64,000 nt of DNA, from the NCBI GenBank assembly GCA_050613775.1, contig JBODTK010000015.1:62001-126000 (forward strand). The letters are read 5' to 3'. Of the stretch, positions 24,768-38,919 are shown piece by piece (position 1 is the stretch's first letter; every line of letters starts with the position of its first letter). The DNA comes from Neocallimastix sp. 'constans'. Lineage: Eukaryota. Under the pieces are notes generated by a model that saw nothing but the letters and a program-made list of their open reading frames with translations, made no database searches and was not told the DNA's origin. Both the position numbers and the translations under genes were made by a program.

Positions 24768-25854
24768 TGGTAAAGAATGAATTAATAACCTTTATTTTAT
24801 TATTAATAATTCTTTACTAAATTGTACTTTTCTATATTCTTAATAACCTAAACTTAATTATAAAATTTAATTTATTTTGATATAAATTAATTTTAACTTG
24901 TAAATAATGTAAATCAATTTTAATTAATTACTTTATTGTTATATTATTAAATATATTTATATATTAAAATACAATTGTAAATATTAAAATTATACTTTTA
25001 AGATACTAAATTATTAAAATTATTAATTAAATATTATTATAAAAATTATTATAAACTATTAATATTATAAAATTATTAAAATTATTAAATATTATTATAA
25101 AAATTTATTTATTATAACTATTAAATATTATTGTAAAATTATTAAAATTATTAATTAAATATTATTATAAAAATTATTATAAATTATTAATATTATAAAA
25201 TTATTAAAATTATTAAATATTATTATAAAAATTTATTTATTATAACTATTAAATATTATTATAAAATTATTAAGATTATTAATTAAATTTATTATTAAAA
25301 AATTATTATTAAAAATTATTAATTATTATAAAAATTTATTATCTAAATATTATCAAATTTATTAATTAAATATTATAAAAATTTTATTTTATTTTTGAAA
25401 ATAATTATTTAAAATAATTAAAGATTATTAAATTTATTATATTAATCTTTAAAAACAATTTATTTAACTTAAAAATATCAAAGAAAATAGTAAAAACTAT
25501 TTTCTATATATTTATTTTATAATTATTTTTAATAAAATTATATTTGAATATTATATTATTATATTTATAAAAATTAAAACAAAAATGAATTATTAATATA
25601 AAATTAATTCAATAATTCTATAAAATTACTTAAATTATAAACAAATAATTATACTTTAAATTTATAAAAAAATACAAATATTGTAACAATTTCTTAAAAA
25701 TTAAATGTATGTACTTCAAAAATAAATTTTAATATTATTAAATAATAAATAAATTTTAATAAAAAGAAATTTTTTTTATTTAAAACCAAAGCAGGGTAAT
25801 ATCCGTCCCCCCTGCTTGATTTTAATTCTATACGTGTCAACCCCGAGTCTACCA
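24768..25854 (+). repeat. Solo LTR of family A
   Basis: TSD TTCG on both sides; matches the element 4 LTRs. Confidence 0.92.
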
Positions 25855-25858
25855 TTCG

Positions 25859-26384
25859 TGATAAAGAATGAAATAATAATGATATTTTTAATTAAATTCT
25901 TGATAATTAATTATATAAAAATATATTATTATATTCTTTACTATTAATAATTTTCTTATATTCTATATTAATAATTTTTATATTAGTTATATTTTATTAT
26001 TTTAAATATTAAATTTATGTAATTAATTAATTTATATGATTGGTTTTAATAATGTAATTAAATAATATAAAATATGTATTATCCATATTATTTTATGAAG
26101 GGGGTTTTTCTGAGGAAAGAAATAGTAGAAATAGTAATGATAATGAAATAGGAATAATAATTGAAAGGTTTCCCATATTGTTATAAAAATAAATATTAAT
26201 ATTAATAAAGTATTTTTAACAATAAAATAATTATATAATTTATAAATAATAAATATTTTTAATAATAGTTCTTTAAATAAAATTTATAATGTGTAATAAT
26301 AATTTCTTTTAGTGTAATTTAGTAGTTAGTTAATTTATCTATTTATTTAATGTTCACACTCCTTTTACAATATGAACCTCAATA
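25859..26384 (+). repeat. Solo LTR (TGATAAAG...GAACCTCAATA)
   Basis: TTCG on both sides; end resembles the element 3 LTR end GAACCTCAACA. Confidence 0.75.
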
Positions 26385-26388
26385 TTCG

Positions 26389-26439
26389 TGACACGGGTTG
26401 TCACTAAATACCTTGTATTTCCTATTAAATACTCTTAAT
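26389..26439 (+). repeat. Truncated LTR start (TGAYACGGG family)
   Basis: Matches the starts at 42089 and 42730; follows TTCG. Confidence 0.8.
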
Positions 26440-26442
26440 TCT

Positions 26443-29413
26443 CACGAATACTAGTGGATTTGAAGTTAAAATTCACTATTAGATCAATTGAAATTAAATT
26501 TAATTTAGTTATTGACAAAAATTATTTTAATTCGATTTTAATTATAAAAATAAATATTAGAAACATTAAAGAATTAGAAACCAAAGAGTTTGGACTTATT
26601 TATTAAAGATAATTTAATTTAATTTAACCCTTTAGAATTTGATAAAAATAACATGAAGAAAAACAACGATAACTCAACAAATAATGGAAATAATATATTG
26701 ATATTCCCACTAAAATTATATCCATTGGAAAGCTACGATCGAGAACTACAACATATGTTAAAATCAACCTTATTGGACAACTAGATAACGAGATATTGGA
26801 CTTTAAAGATATTTAAATATAAAAATATAATTTAATTATTTAATCAAGACCCTAAATTATTATTTAAGAAATCTATATTAGATAAAATCTCTTAACTTGG
26901 AAATTATATTATTAATTTGTATTATTAATTAAAAATACAGAATTAGTTATTAGTAATAGTTTTATAATATTTTAAATAAGTTTTATAAGTTTTATATATT
27001 TTATTATTATATATTTTATTCAATTATTTCTAAAAGATTCTAAATAATTCTTTATTATTTTAAAGATTTCCGAAAGAGAATTTTTAATTAGTTTTAATAT
27101 TTTATTTTATTTTATTTATATTTTATTATTAAATTAGTTTTATTATTAAATTGTTTTATGAATAAGTTATATAGTTATTTTATTAAAAGATTCTTATCAA
27201 TATTATTTTATTATTATGTTTATATAGTTTATATACATGTATGAATATATTAAGATTAAAATGTATTAATTAATTATATTGTTAATTATTATTTTAGTTT
27301 AGTATAAAAAGGATTTGAAATTCCATATTTTGAATTCTTTGTAAGATTATTAACTAACTAATAAATTCTAAAATATTAACATAAAGTTAATAAATTAATT
27401 ATAACAATAAATAATTCTTTATATTAATCTTAGTTAAAATTTATTATTAAAATATATATTAAATAAAGTTCTAATAAAACATAAATCTTAAATATTGAAA
27501 TCTTAATTATAAAACTCTGTGTGTACTATTTATTATTTAAATTTAATTAAATTGTTATAATTAATAAAAAATATCTTGACCTGACCAATTTAACCCTAAC
27601 TAGGAAAGATATAGCAAGAATCTTACCTAAATACTCAATTTAATTTTACACTTAATCCTTAATAATTATTAAGTTTACTTAATTTTATAAATAATTATTA
27701 ATAATGTAGCAAATTTTATTAAATTATGTATTAAATTTTACTGAATTTATTTTGTATTTATTTTGTATGTATTTCTATATTCATTTCTGTATTTATTTCT
27801 GTATTTTTCATAATTTTATTTTATTCGTAAGTTAATTCGGTTAAATTGTTAAAGTGAGAATTAATTTAACCGTTTAACTTACGTAATTTAGAATATCAGT
27901 TATTAAGGTTTTTCCATAAAAATGGTTTTACCTAATAATACAATAACCAATAAGTATAGATTATTGGTTGAAATCTTTCCAGGTTTTTCTACTAATCTTT
28001 TCCTGGAAAGTATTTTGTTAAGATTAGAAATTTCTTTATTTCTTTATTTTAAAGTATAAAAAGGACTCTTGAGTTTCCTTTCGAAAATCAAGAGTTATTA
28101 TTATAAGAAATTGTAATAATAATAATAATAATAAATATTTATAATTTTTAAATAAAATATTTAAATCTTAAATAAAAAATTTTATAATAATTTTTAAAAT
28201 AAAATTTATAATAAAATATAAAATATTTTAATAATAAAACATATTAATAAATTATCATAAAACATATTTTTTTTTTTATTTTTCCTTTCACACTTAGTGT
28301 TTCTAAGTTTATTATAGTTTCTTATAATAAACTATCTCTTAAGATAAGTATTTAAATTATTATTTTATTTTGTTCAAATTAATATTAATATTAATATTAA
28401 TAGAGATAATAATTTCTATATTTTTGTAGAAAATATTACAGAAATTGTTACTGAACAAATAAAATAATTAAAACTATATTTAATTATTAAAGATTAAAAA
28501 TTATTAATATTAGTGGAATTAAATAACAAATATTAAAATATTAAAATAATTATAAATTTAGTTATAATAAATTAGAAAATGTATTAATTATTATTTTTAT
28601 TTAATATTGTAATACTTAATAATATTTTAATAGTTTATTATATTTATTATTAAATTTTTATTATTAAATTTTTATTATTAAATTTTTATTATTAAATTTT
28701 TATTATTAAATTTTTATTATTAAATTTTTATTATTAAATTTTTATTATTAAATTTTTATTATTAAATTTTTATTATTAAATTTTTATTATTAAATTTTTA
28801 TTATTAAATTTTTATTATTAAATTTTTATTATTAAATTTTTATTATTAAATTTTTATTATTAAATTTTTATTATTAAATTTTTATTCTAATCCAATCAAA
28901 TAACTATTCTAAATGTATAAAAGAACAAAGTAGTACAATACTTTAGTTCTCTCTTTTTTTCTTACAACTTTATTATTATATTATTCTTTTGATATTTTCG
29001 AGTTTAAATGATAAATTCAGATAGTTAAATTAAAATAAAATTAGTTTAAATAATTAAATTTAAATAGTTTAAATAATAAATTAGTATAGTTTAAATAATA
29101 AAATTAGAATAGATTAAATAATAAAAATAAAATAGTTTATTTTAAATAAAGTTAAAATTAAAAATAATTTAAGAATTGTATTAAGTGTTTAAAGGTTTTT
29201 AGTGTTTGGTTAATAGTTTTAATAATTATAGTTGTTAGTTAAATTATTTATATTAGGTTATATTAATTTTGAATAGTTTATTTTAGTTTAAATTGTTTAG
29301 TATTTAGATTTTTAAATTAGAATAATTGATTAGAATAATAGAATAGAATTTAAAATTTTCTTTAATTATTAGAATATATTATTTTATGATAAAAATTCTT
29401 CAATACTGTACCA
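26443..29413 (-). repeat. Inverted duplicate of 46552-48775 with an extra ~840-bp LTR-like segment (27651-28490)
   Basis: 26443-27650 matches the reverse complement of 47580-48775; 28491-29413 matches the reverse complement of 46552-47579. Confidence 0.9.
28651..28886. repeat. 14-bp minisatellite (TAAATTTTTATTAT)n, about 17 units
   Basis: Perfect tandem units. Confidence 0.95.
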
Positions 29414-30385
29414 AAATAATAATTATTTACTAATAAATAATTACTATTTCTTAGTCTTTATAATTATTGATAATAATTATAAATTTATTTAAATTATAAT
29501 TAATTCATACATTTAAATATTATTATCAAATTTATTAAAAATATAATTATTCATACACTAAAATAATATTAAAAAATTTATTTAAATGATTATTATATAT
29601 ACTTTTATTAATATTATTAATTTTATTTAGTTATTTATTTAATTATTAAGTTAATGTAAACATTAGTTTTATTTATTTTGTACATTGTACATTTAAAAGA
29701 ACAATTAATAAGTTTTTGTATTTTTTAAAGATAGTTTTATGTTAATAAATTTTAGATTAGATTTTAAAAATAATATTTAGAAAAATAGAATAATTTAGAT
29801 CATTCCGGTTATTATTTATTTTTCCTTTTATTTGATGATCTAAATTAAAATTTAGAAAATCGATATATTAAGGTTTTATCCAAATATAAAATAATATATT
29901 TGGTTTTACTTAATATATACGATGATCGATATGAATAGAATATCGATCAAAACTTATCTAGTTTTTTCTTCTAATCTTTTTCTAGATAAGATAATTTTTA
30001 AGATTAGAAAAACTTTTTATTTAACCTTAATTCAATAAAAAAATATAAAAAGGGCTCTTGATTTCTCTTTAAGAAATCAAGAGTTATTATTATAAAAAAG
30101 GATAGTTATAATAATAACAATATTACATTCTAAACTTTAATAATTTAATAAAATATTTTATTCAAAAAACATATTTTTTAAAATAAACTTTAACTTTATA
30201 CAAATATTTCTTCCTTTGGTTTTATAAAGTTTTGGTAAAAAAATAGATTATAAATCAACACTTCAATAATAACACTAAAACACAAAATAATAGTTTTAAA
30301 GAACAAGTTTTATTAATTTTTTAAATATTAAAATCTTTATTTATTTTAAAGTGTTATTAACAAGAAATCGTTAATAACAATTACA
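29414..30385 (+). repeat. LTR related to the element 5 LTR, left end unclear
   Basis: Shares CTAATCTTTT..AGATTAGAAA, TATA box and TCAAGAGTTATTAT; ends TTACA. Confidence 0.7.
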
Positions 30386-31147
30386 TCGATTAAAATACAT
30401 GAAATTTGATAACTATTTATATTTTTATCTTATTACATTTATAATATATAATTCCTATTGAATTATATTATCTAGCTATTTATTTAAAAACAATACTAAC
30501 CTAAACTAATAATAAATAATTAACTATTACTAAATAAAGAGAATTATAATTAATAACTAAAATAAATATAATCAATTCTAATTGAGTTCATTTATTATTT
30601 ATTTATTATTTAAATATTATTAGTAAATTTATTATATGTTTTCTATTTAAAAATAATATAAAAGTTGTCATAATTATTTAATATAAATTTAGCATAAAAT
30701 GCCGTAAGTTTCAACATGACTAATTGCATAGTTTCATGTTGTTAATTTATCTTGTGAAAAACCTTAACTCTTATTATTTAAATTAAATTACATAAAAAGA
30801 AATGATTTTCAAATACTAGTTTCACAAGAGAAATTTTTAATTTATTAGTATGATTGGGAAAAAATCGAAATTATGTTAAAAATATTTTCAATAATTTTAT
30901 ACACGTGATTTCAAATAAATTTATTTTAATTTTACTTAAATTTATGATTAAATTTAATTAAAATTATTTAAAGATATTAATAATATCTTTACAGGTTTTT
31001 GTGTTGTTATTATAATTAATTTTATAATAAACACTTTTTTAGGTAAAATTTTTATTTTTATTTTATTTTTCAACTTAATGAATTAGTCATTAAGTTGAAG
31101 TTAATAATCATATTTAGTAATAGAACTTAGTATGATTATTACATTCG

Positions 31148-31930
31148 TAATACAGAATGAACAAATAATACTAATTGTGCTAGAATAATATAAATTATTC
31201 TAACCTTATAGATTATTCTATTCTATATAATTGGAACTTTCCAATATTCTTCAAATATTACTAAATAGAAATCTTAAGTTAATAAATCACCAATTAACTT
31301 ATAATTCCTTTTTGAATTATCGATCCGATTCCATTATAATGTATTAAAAATCTTTAGCCAAGAATATTGTCCTTGCCCACTTAATATATTAATATTATAT
31401 TTCTTTTGTAATATGTTATATTGAAAATAATCAAATCTATTTAATTAGTTATTAAAATTTTCGTTATCAATTTAAATTTATTTTTAATTACTAAATTTAA
31501 CTAAACCACAATAAAATATTCTGTATAATATCTTTATTTTTATTTTATATATTAATATTAAACTATTATTAAATAATTAATAATTCAATAATATATAACT
31601 ACTATTTATAACAATAATATTATTAACTAAAATAATAATTCAATTTCAATTTAAATGTTTCATTTATAAAAATAATTAGTAATTAGTTTATTAAAAAAAT
31701 AGTTAGGTTTTACAAATTTTAATTTGATAAAAAAATATAAATACATGTAATTTTTAGTGAAATAAAATATAATCAATAACTGACTTTTATTAAACAAATA
31801 ATTATATTATTATTTTTCTTTTATAAATTTAAATAAATAAATATTGATTTTAAAACAAAATTAATTTTATTGTAATTTTATTATTTGTGTTAATTATTAT
31901 TATATTCCTAAAACTATATGAACCATACCA
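31148..31930 (+). repeat. Solo LTR
   Basis: TTCG at 31144-31147 and 31931-31934; ends GAACCATACCA; TATA motif AATATAAATACATGTAA. Confidence 0.75.
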
Positions 31931-33922
31931 TTCGTGGTAAAGAATGAATTAATATTCTTTATTTTATTGTTAATAATTCTTTACTAAATTGTACTTTCCT
32001 ATATTCTTGATAACCTAAACTTAATAATAAAATTTAATTTATTTTGATATAAATTAATTTTAACTTGTAAATAATGTTAAATCAATTTTAATTAATTACT
32101 TTATTATTATATTATTAAATATATGTATATATTAAAATACAATTGTAAATATTAAAATTATACTTTTAAGATACTAAATTATTAAAACTATTAATTAAAT
32201 ATTATTATTAAAATTATTATAAAATTTACTATTAAAATTATTAATTAAATATTATAAAAATTTTATTTATTTTTGAAAATAATTACAAGTATTATTTAAA
32301 ACAATTAAAGATTATTAAATTTATTATATTAATCTTTAAAAACAAGTTATTTAACTTAAAAATATCAAAGAAAATAGTAAAAACTATTTTCTATATATTT
32401 ATTTTATAATTATTTTTAATTAAATTATATTTGAATATTATATTATTACATTTATAAAAATTAAAACAAAAATGAATTATTGATATAAAATTAATTCAAT
32501 AATTCTATAAAATTACTTAAATTATAAACAAATAATTATACTTTAAATTTATAAAAAAATATAAATATTGTAACAATTTCTTAAAAATTAAATGTATGTA
32601 CTTCAAAAATAAATTTTAATATTATTAAATAATAAATAAATTTTAATAAAAAGAAATTTTTCTTTTATAATTTAAAATCAAAGCAGGGTAATACCCGTCC
32701 CCCCTGTTTGATTTTAAATCTATACGTGCTAACCCCGAGTCTACCAAAATTGGTGGAGATATCGGGGAAGAAGAAGAAGAAAGAGAAGAAGAAGTAGAAG
32801 AAGAAGAAGAAGAAGAAGAAGAAGAAGAAGATAAGAAGAATAAGGAATTTGGAACTACTAGAATTTATTTTTTTTTGGAATTATTAGAATAATTTTTTTT
32901 AATTTAAATTTAATAGAATTAAATTAAATTAAATTAAAAATTTAAAAAAAAAAAAAAATTAATTTTCACACTTTTTTTTTTATCATCATCATTAATTATT
33001 TTTATTGTTATCTGTTTTGGAGTGTTGTGGTTGTTGTTGTTGTGGTTGTTGTGGTTGTTGTTGTTAGTAGTGAGTTATAAAAATTAACATTAGATTTATT
33101 TGGTCTTCGCGTGCTCCAAATAAAACTTCAAACTGAGTGTACTGCGTACTAAGCAGTTATAGATAATTCTATAATTGCGAGTGGTTTAATCAGGTGCTTG
33201 GAGAGGGGCCGGTTACTAACTAATCGAACCCCGATTAGATATAGCGGTAAATACTGTTGGGAAGCAGAAATTACCCTATAGATCACCCATTATACGTTCA
33301 ACACGGTTTGGGTGCTCCTCCACTTGACTCAGGCAAATTCACTTAGTATACCGAAATACTAAGGTCCCTCTGCGAGGTTGGCAGTTGTAATAGATAGTGG
33401 TTTTTCAAGTTGTATTAGGTTTGTTAATTTACCTTGTTTTTAATTAAGTTTATTTGTTTTTTTTAAGTTGTAATTATATAAACTTAATAATAATTGTAAT
33501 TGTAATTGTAAATATTGTAATAATAACCGATAACAAATAAATAAAAAAAAAAAAAAATAATAATAATAATTTTTGTGTTTTTAAATATTTTTAATTGCTA
33601 TATTAATAATTTTTCTTGTAAATAATTATATATATATTTTTTTATTTAAGTAAAAATAAACGAAAGGGGTTAATAGCTTGAAAGAATAGTGAACACTCCA
33701 ACTTGTTTATTAATTTATATTTATTCTAGTGTCCAGGAGGGGGAGTACGGGTGTATATAGCAAAATTAAATATACACTAGCCGAAAACGTCTCACTAGAG
33801 ATATAAATTACTTAAATATATAATTTTAATTGTAAATAAATAAATAAATAAAAAATATAGCAATTAAATAATTAATAAAACAATTTTTTTTTTATTTTTT
33901 TTTAAAGTGTGTTTTTTTTAAA

Positions 33923-34876
33923 ATGAGTACAATTAATTTTAAAGATTTAAAAAAGGAACTTAAGGATATTGAAAAAATATCCAAAGAAAATTTAGATGTT
34001 AAAACTTGGAAGTCTGATTTAGAGCTGTGGATAAAGCTTGAACATGTTGAAGACTCCAAGATTATATTTTATGCCTGTGTTTTAACCTCAATTGGTGAAA
34101 CCAGTAAAGTCATCCAAGAATTAATGGATGATAATGATAAAGGTGATTATAGTGATGATGATGATGATGATAATGATGATGATGATGATGATAATTATAA
34201 GGATATTGATGATGATGATGAGGATGATGATAATGAAGAAGATAAAGAAATTGATAAAAAGAATAAGGCTTATCCTTCCCTTAATCGAATTGTAAAAGCT
34301 ATAGAAGAATTTTATGGCATTAGGGAGGATCAAAATAATTTATTAAGAGAGCTACGTGCTCTCAGAATTAAGAGAAATGAAAGAATTAAAGATTTTAATA
34401 TTAAGTATAAAATTTTATATTTAAAATTAAACAAAAAGAAAAGAAGTCAGATAAGTGTTTTAGATTACACAGACTCCATTGAAAACAATGTTGAAGCCTG
34501 GAAACGTCTAACCTTATTTGATAACATTTCTCTGTCAAAAGCCTTTAAAATTGCTGAAAAAGCAGATAGGTTAAATTATATGGGTACTAATCAAAGAAGA
34601 CATCCTTTTACCCCTTCACCTTCTGCAGATACATCTTCTTTTAATAATAGAGTTAATTTTCATCCTCCTATTAAAAATAAATTAGAACAAAAAGTTAATA
34701 TTAAACCTAAAGAAGATAATGACATAGAGGAATTAACAAGAAAAATGAGAAATTTAACAATAAAGGCTTGTTATTTCTGTAAAGAACCAGGTCATTATCA
34801 AAACAATTGCCCAAAGCTGAGAGCAATTGTTGAGAAAAATAGGAAGGAAATTAGAAACAATAAACGTTTAAATTGA
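33923..34876 (+). CDS. gag: Gag of element 4
   Basis: 317-aa ORF with poly-Asp tract and CYFCKEPGHYQNNC. Confidence 0.9.
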   Translation: MSTINFKDLKKELKDIEKISKENLDVKTWKSDLELWIKLEHVEDSKIIFYACVLTSIGETSKVIQELMDDNDKGDYSDDDDDDNDDDDDDNYKDIDDDDEDDDNEEDKEIDKKNKAYPSLNRIVKAIEEFYGIREDQNNLLRELRALRIKRNERIKDFNIKYKILYLKLNKKKRSQISVLDYTDSIENNVEAWKRLTLFDNISLSKAFKIAEKADRLNYMGTNQRRHPFTPSPSADTSSFNNRVNFHPPIKNKLEQKVNIKPKEDNDIEELTRKMRNLTIKACYFCKEPGHYQNNCPKLRAIVEKNRKEIRNNKRLN

Positions 34877-37800
34877 ATAATGGGATAAGAAGCTTTCCCA
34901 TACTTAATAAAGCAGCTTCAATTAAATATCAAAAAGAAATTAAAAATTCTCGTCTTTCTAATATTGAAGAAACTCCTGCTAATAAAAGGGTGGTTAATAA
35001 AAAGAAAGTTGATTATTTAGTAGGAGCATCTAAACGTAAAATTTATGATATTAATAATGATGAAGGTAGTGCGGAGAAAAGGATTCATAAGTCGTTGAAG
35101 GAGAATCCTAAACCTATAATAACTCCTGCATTACGGAAACAGAAAGAACGAGAAATAAAAGAAAATAATATAAGTAATAAAATTGTTAAACAAATTAAAC
35201 CATCTATTCTAGCTCAACCACGAATTGAAAAAGAAAAAGAGATTGAAAGATAAATTCGTGATAATGAAAGAGCTAGTAATAGTAATACTAATTATAATAA
35301 TAATAATAGTAATAATAATAGTAATGATAATATTAATAATAATTCATTAGTGAATGATGAAGTTATTAAAAATAATGTAAATAATGATAAAGAAAAGAAT
35401 AAAAATTTAATGAAGAAAATAATGATAATAATAAAAATATTGTGAAGGAGAATAATAAAGTAATTGATTTAACAAGGGTGTTAAATAAAAAAGATAAAGA
35501 TACTCAAAAGAAACTTAAAGTTCTAGAGTATCTAGGAAAATTAAGATGCAATCGGGGGAAGAAGAATATGATATTCTTAAAGATTTAAATTCTGCCCATT
35601 GCAATATTACTTTTGGACAGTTATTGGATGCTGCTCCAAAATTAAGATATAAGGTGTCACAGGGTATTAAATTGGATAGGGACCAATCTTATATCTCTGG
35701 GGTGTTGGATAATGTGTCAGCTACGACTGTGGTCGTTAATAATATTGACCATACTTATAAAAGTAAATGTAACGAACCATGTGAAGAGGATATTGCCATG
35801 GTTGATGTTACAGTTGAAGGTGTTTCGGGGAAGGCTTTAATTGATTCATGTAGTAATTTAAGTATAATTACTCAACAATTTTTAGATAAGCTTCCGTCCG
35901 AATATGAACCTATTGATATTAGTCGTGGCAGAATTAGGTTGGCGACTAAGAATGATGATTACTCGGAAAGTTATATCATTCGGGTGCCAGTAAAAATTAA
36001 TAATCTTGTGTTAATGGTTAATTGTAGAATAGTAGAAAAGGAGGATCCTTTTTACGTATTCTAATTAACTTAAAAACCCAAATTGATTATAAGTTATTTA
36101 TCCACCCCATTTTATATAGTTTGTGTCAAATTACTCCGGAAGGAGTAATTGACGTTATTGCACCTATTAATAATGATTATGAAGATGAAGAAAAGTTGTT
36201 GTGTATGATTAAGGCCTTGGATGAGGATTCCAAAAAGAATGATTTAAAGATAATTGAAGGATTATCCCCAAAGCAATATATTCATCATGAAATTTTCCTA
36301 AATATTTTAAATGAAAGATATAAAGATGAAATAATTAAAATTCTGGAGGAGAACTTAGAAATAGTTGCTACTTCTTCAGAAGAATTAACACCTTCTGATC
36401 TTCCTCCACATAAGATTAATTTAATTCCTGGTGCGAAACCAGTTAAGCAAAGGTGCTATAGATTAGTTAAATTTAAGTCGGATATACTTAAGGAGGAATT
36501 AATTAAATTAATTAATAAGAAATTAATTGAACCTTCTTGTTCCGAATGATCATCGCCAATAGTGTTAGTACTGAAGAAGAACGGTAAATGGCGATTATGT
36601 ATTGATTATCGTAAGGTTAATGATTTAACAGTTAAAGATTCTTATTCATTACCTTACATTGATGAGATATTTGATAGTTTAGATGGGGCACAGATTTTTA
36701 CAACAATGGATCTTTACTCTGGTTATCATCAAATTTTGATGGATGAGGAAAGTGTAGAAATTGCCACCTTCACCACAAAATTTGGTAACTACCAATTCAA
36801 GGTTATGCCTTTTGGTTTAATCGGAGCCCCAGCTACATTTCAAATGGAAATGAATAGGATTCTTTTCCCATTTATAGGAAAGTTTGTTTTTAACTTTATA
36901 GATGATATTTTAATATACTCTAAGAGTATAGAAGAACACATAAGTCATATTAGACAAGTATTGGATGTATTTCGCCAACACAAATTGAAAATCAATATTG
37001 AAAAATGTGCCTTTTTGCAGTCTGAAGTAGAAGTCTTAGGTCATAAGGCATCAGTGAAAGGTTTAAGTCCCCAGGATAGCAAAATTAAGGCTATCAAGGA
37101 GTGGATAGCACCTGTTGATGTTCATGAATTACGATCTTTTCTTGGAGCAGAAGGATATTATAGAAACTTTATTGATAAATATGCTCAAATCTCTGCTCCT
37201 TTATGTAAATTATTAAGAAAGAATGTTAAATATAAATGGAATACTGAACATCAACAAAGTTTTGATCTGTTAAAAGAAAAATTAATAAATGCTCCAATTT
37301 TAAAATATCTAAGTTTTAATCAAAGGTTTATAAATAGAACGGATGCTTCCTGTGAAGGTATTTGAGGAGTATTACTCCAAGAAGATTTAGAAACCAAAAA
37401 GGAACATCCAGTTCATTATATAAGTAGAAGTTTAAGTAAAGCCGAGAAAAATTATGGCATTACTGACTTGGAAGGAGCTGCATTAATTTATTGTATTACT
37501 AAGTTGAAATCTTATATATTAGGAAATCCTAATAAAACAGTAGTAATAACAGATCATAAACCTTTAATCAGTTTCTTTAAAAATAAGGAACCTAATAATG
37601 CTAGGCAAGCAAGGTGGTGCTTAACTGTTAGTACCCTTGGTGTTGAAATTCAATATCAAATGGGTAAGAAAAATGTGTTAGCCGATGCATTATCTAGGAT
37701 GAAGAAAAGAGATGATTCTGTGGTATTGGCAACTAAGTTAACTTCAAAGGAAGAAGAAGAGTTGCTTTCTAAAACTATTAAAGACTTTATAAATGAAAAA

Positions 37801-38919
37801 TTTGATACGATTGATGGTGAAGATTACTTTGTTGATGGTAATGACTATCGTTAATTAATTACTGATCAAACGGAAAGAGTAAAACTTATTTTAGAAGCCC
37901 ATAAGATAGGTCATGAGGGATATTATAAGACTTATCAAAGGCTTCGTAAAAGTTTTTATTGGAATAATATGGTGATGGATATTAAAAGAGTGGTGCAAAG
38001 TTGTGACAAGTGTCAGTTGAATAGGTCACAACCCTATCCAGAACCTACAGAAAATATTCCAACTAAAGTAGAAGGTCCTTTTATACATTTGGGTTTAGAT
38101 ATTATTGGACCTTTGATTAAAACTAAAAATAATAATCAATATATTATGGTTGTGGTGGATTATATCACCAAATGGGTTGAAGCAGAACCCACAGAAAATA
38201 TAACATCACAGGATGTGATTAAGTTTTTAATTAATGTGTTTGCTCGTCATGGTGTTCCACAGGTAATAACAACTAATAATGGTGTTCAGTTCACCTCGGA
38301 CATGACGAAAATATTTTTAGATCTCTACGATGTATATGTGAAGTTTATTTCCACATATCATCCAGAAAGTAATGGACTTACGGAAAACCGTAATAAAGAG
38401 ATTGGAAAGTTATTGAGGTTGTTGGGTTCTAATAATAAGGATTGGGATGAAGTTTTACCATCCGCCTTATGGGCTCTTAGAACTACCAAAAATAAGGTAA
38501 CAAAACATTCAAGTTTTGAGTTGGTTTATGGTAGGGAAGATCAGCAGCCTTTTGATATTGCTGCTAGACCTACCAAGGATATTAATAAGTCATCGGATGA
38601 AGTGTTGTTAGAAAAATTTATAAATCATTACCGATGGACTTTAGAAGCAGCCGAAAATGTTAAAAATGCAAATAAGTATTGGGCTGCTAGGAGAGAGGAA
38701 AAGAATAGTTTGAATGAAGGAAAAAGAATTAGGGAAGGTGATTTAGTCTTAGTTCGTAATTTTTCAAGAACTAAACTAGAACCTTATTTTGTTGGTCCTC
38801 TTAAAGTTATAAAAAAACAATTTAATACGGTTACCTTGGCTGATCCAAATTCTGGAATTCAAATGAATAGGAATGTTCATTTGAAGAATATAGTCAAGTA
38901 TAACTCAGCTTCGATGTAG
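34867..38919 (+). pseudogene. pol: Pol of element 4, broken by several stops and frameshifts
   Basis: Collinear fragments with LIDSCS, WRLCIDYR, FIDD, TDAS, HHCC, GPL; stops at 35251, 36547, 37363, 37852; integrase TDNG changed to TNNG. Confidence 0.93.

Noticed and set aside
26653..26784. Short coding-like stretch MKKNNDNSTNNGNNILIFP...
   Set aside because: Only about 43 codons and probably cut by an LTR at ~26756; too short to assign.
34867..38919. RIP-like hypermutation
   Set aside because: Some TGG-to-stop and CpG transitions exist, but there are too few, other change types occur, and the young repeats look unaffected.
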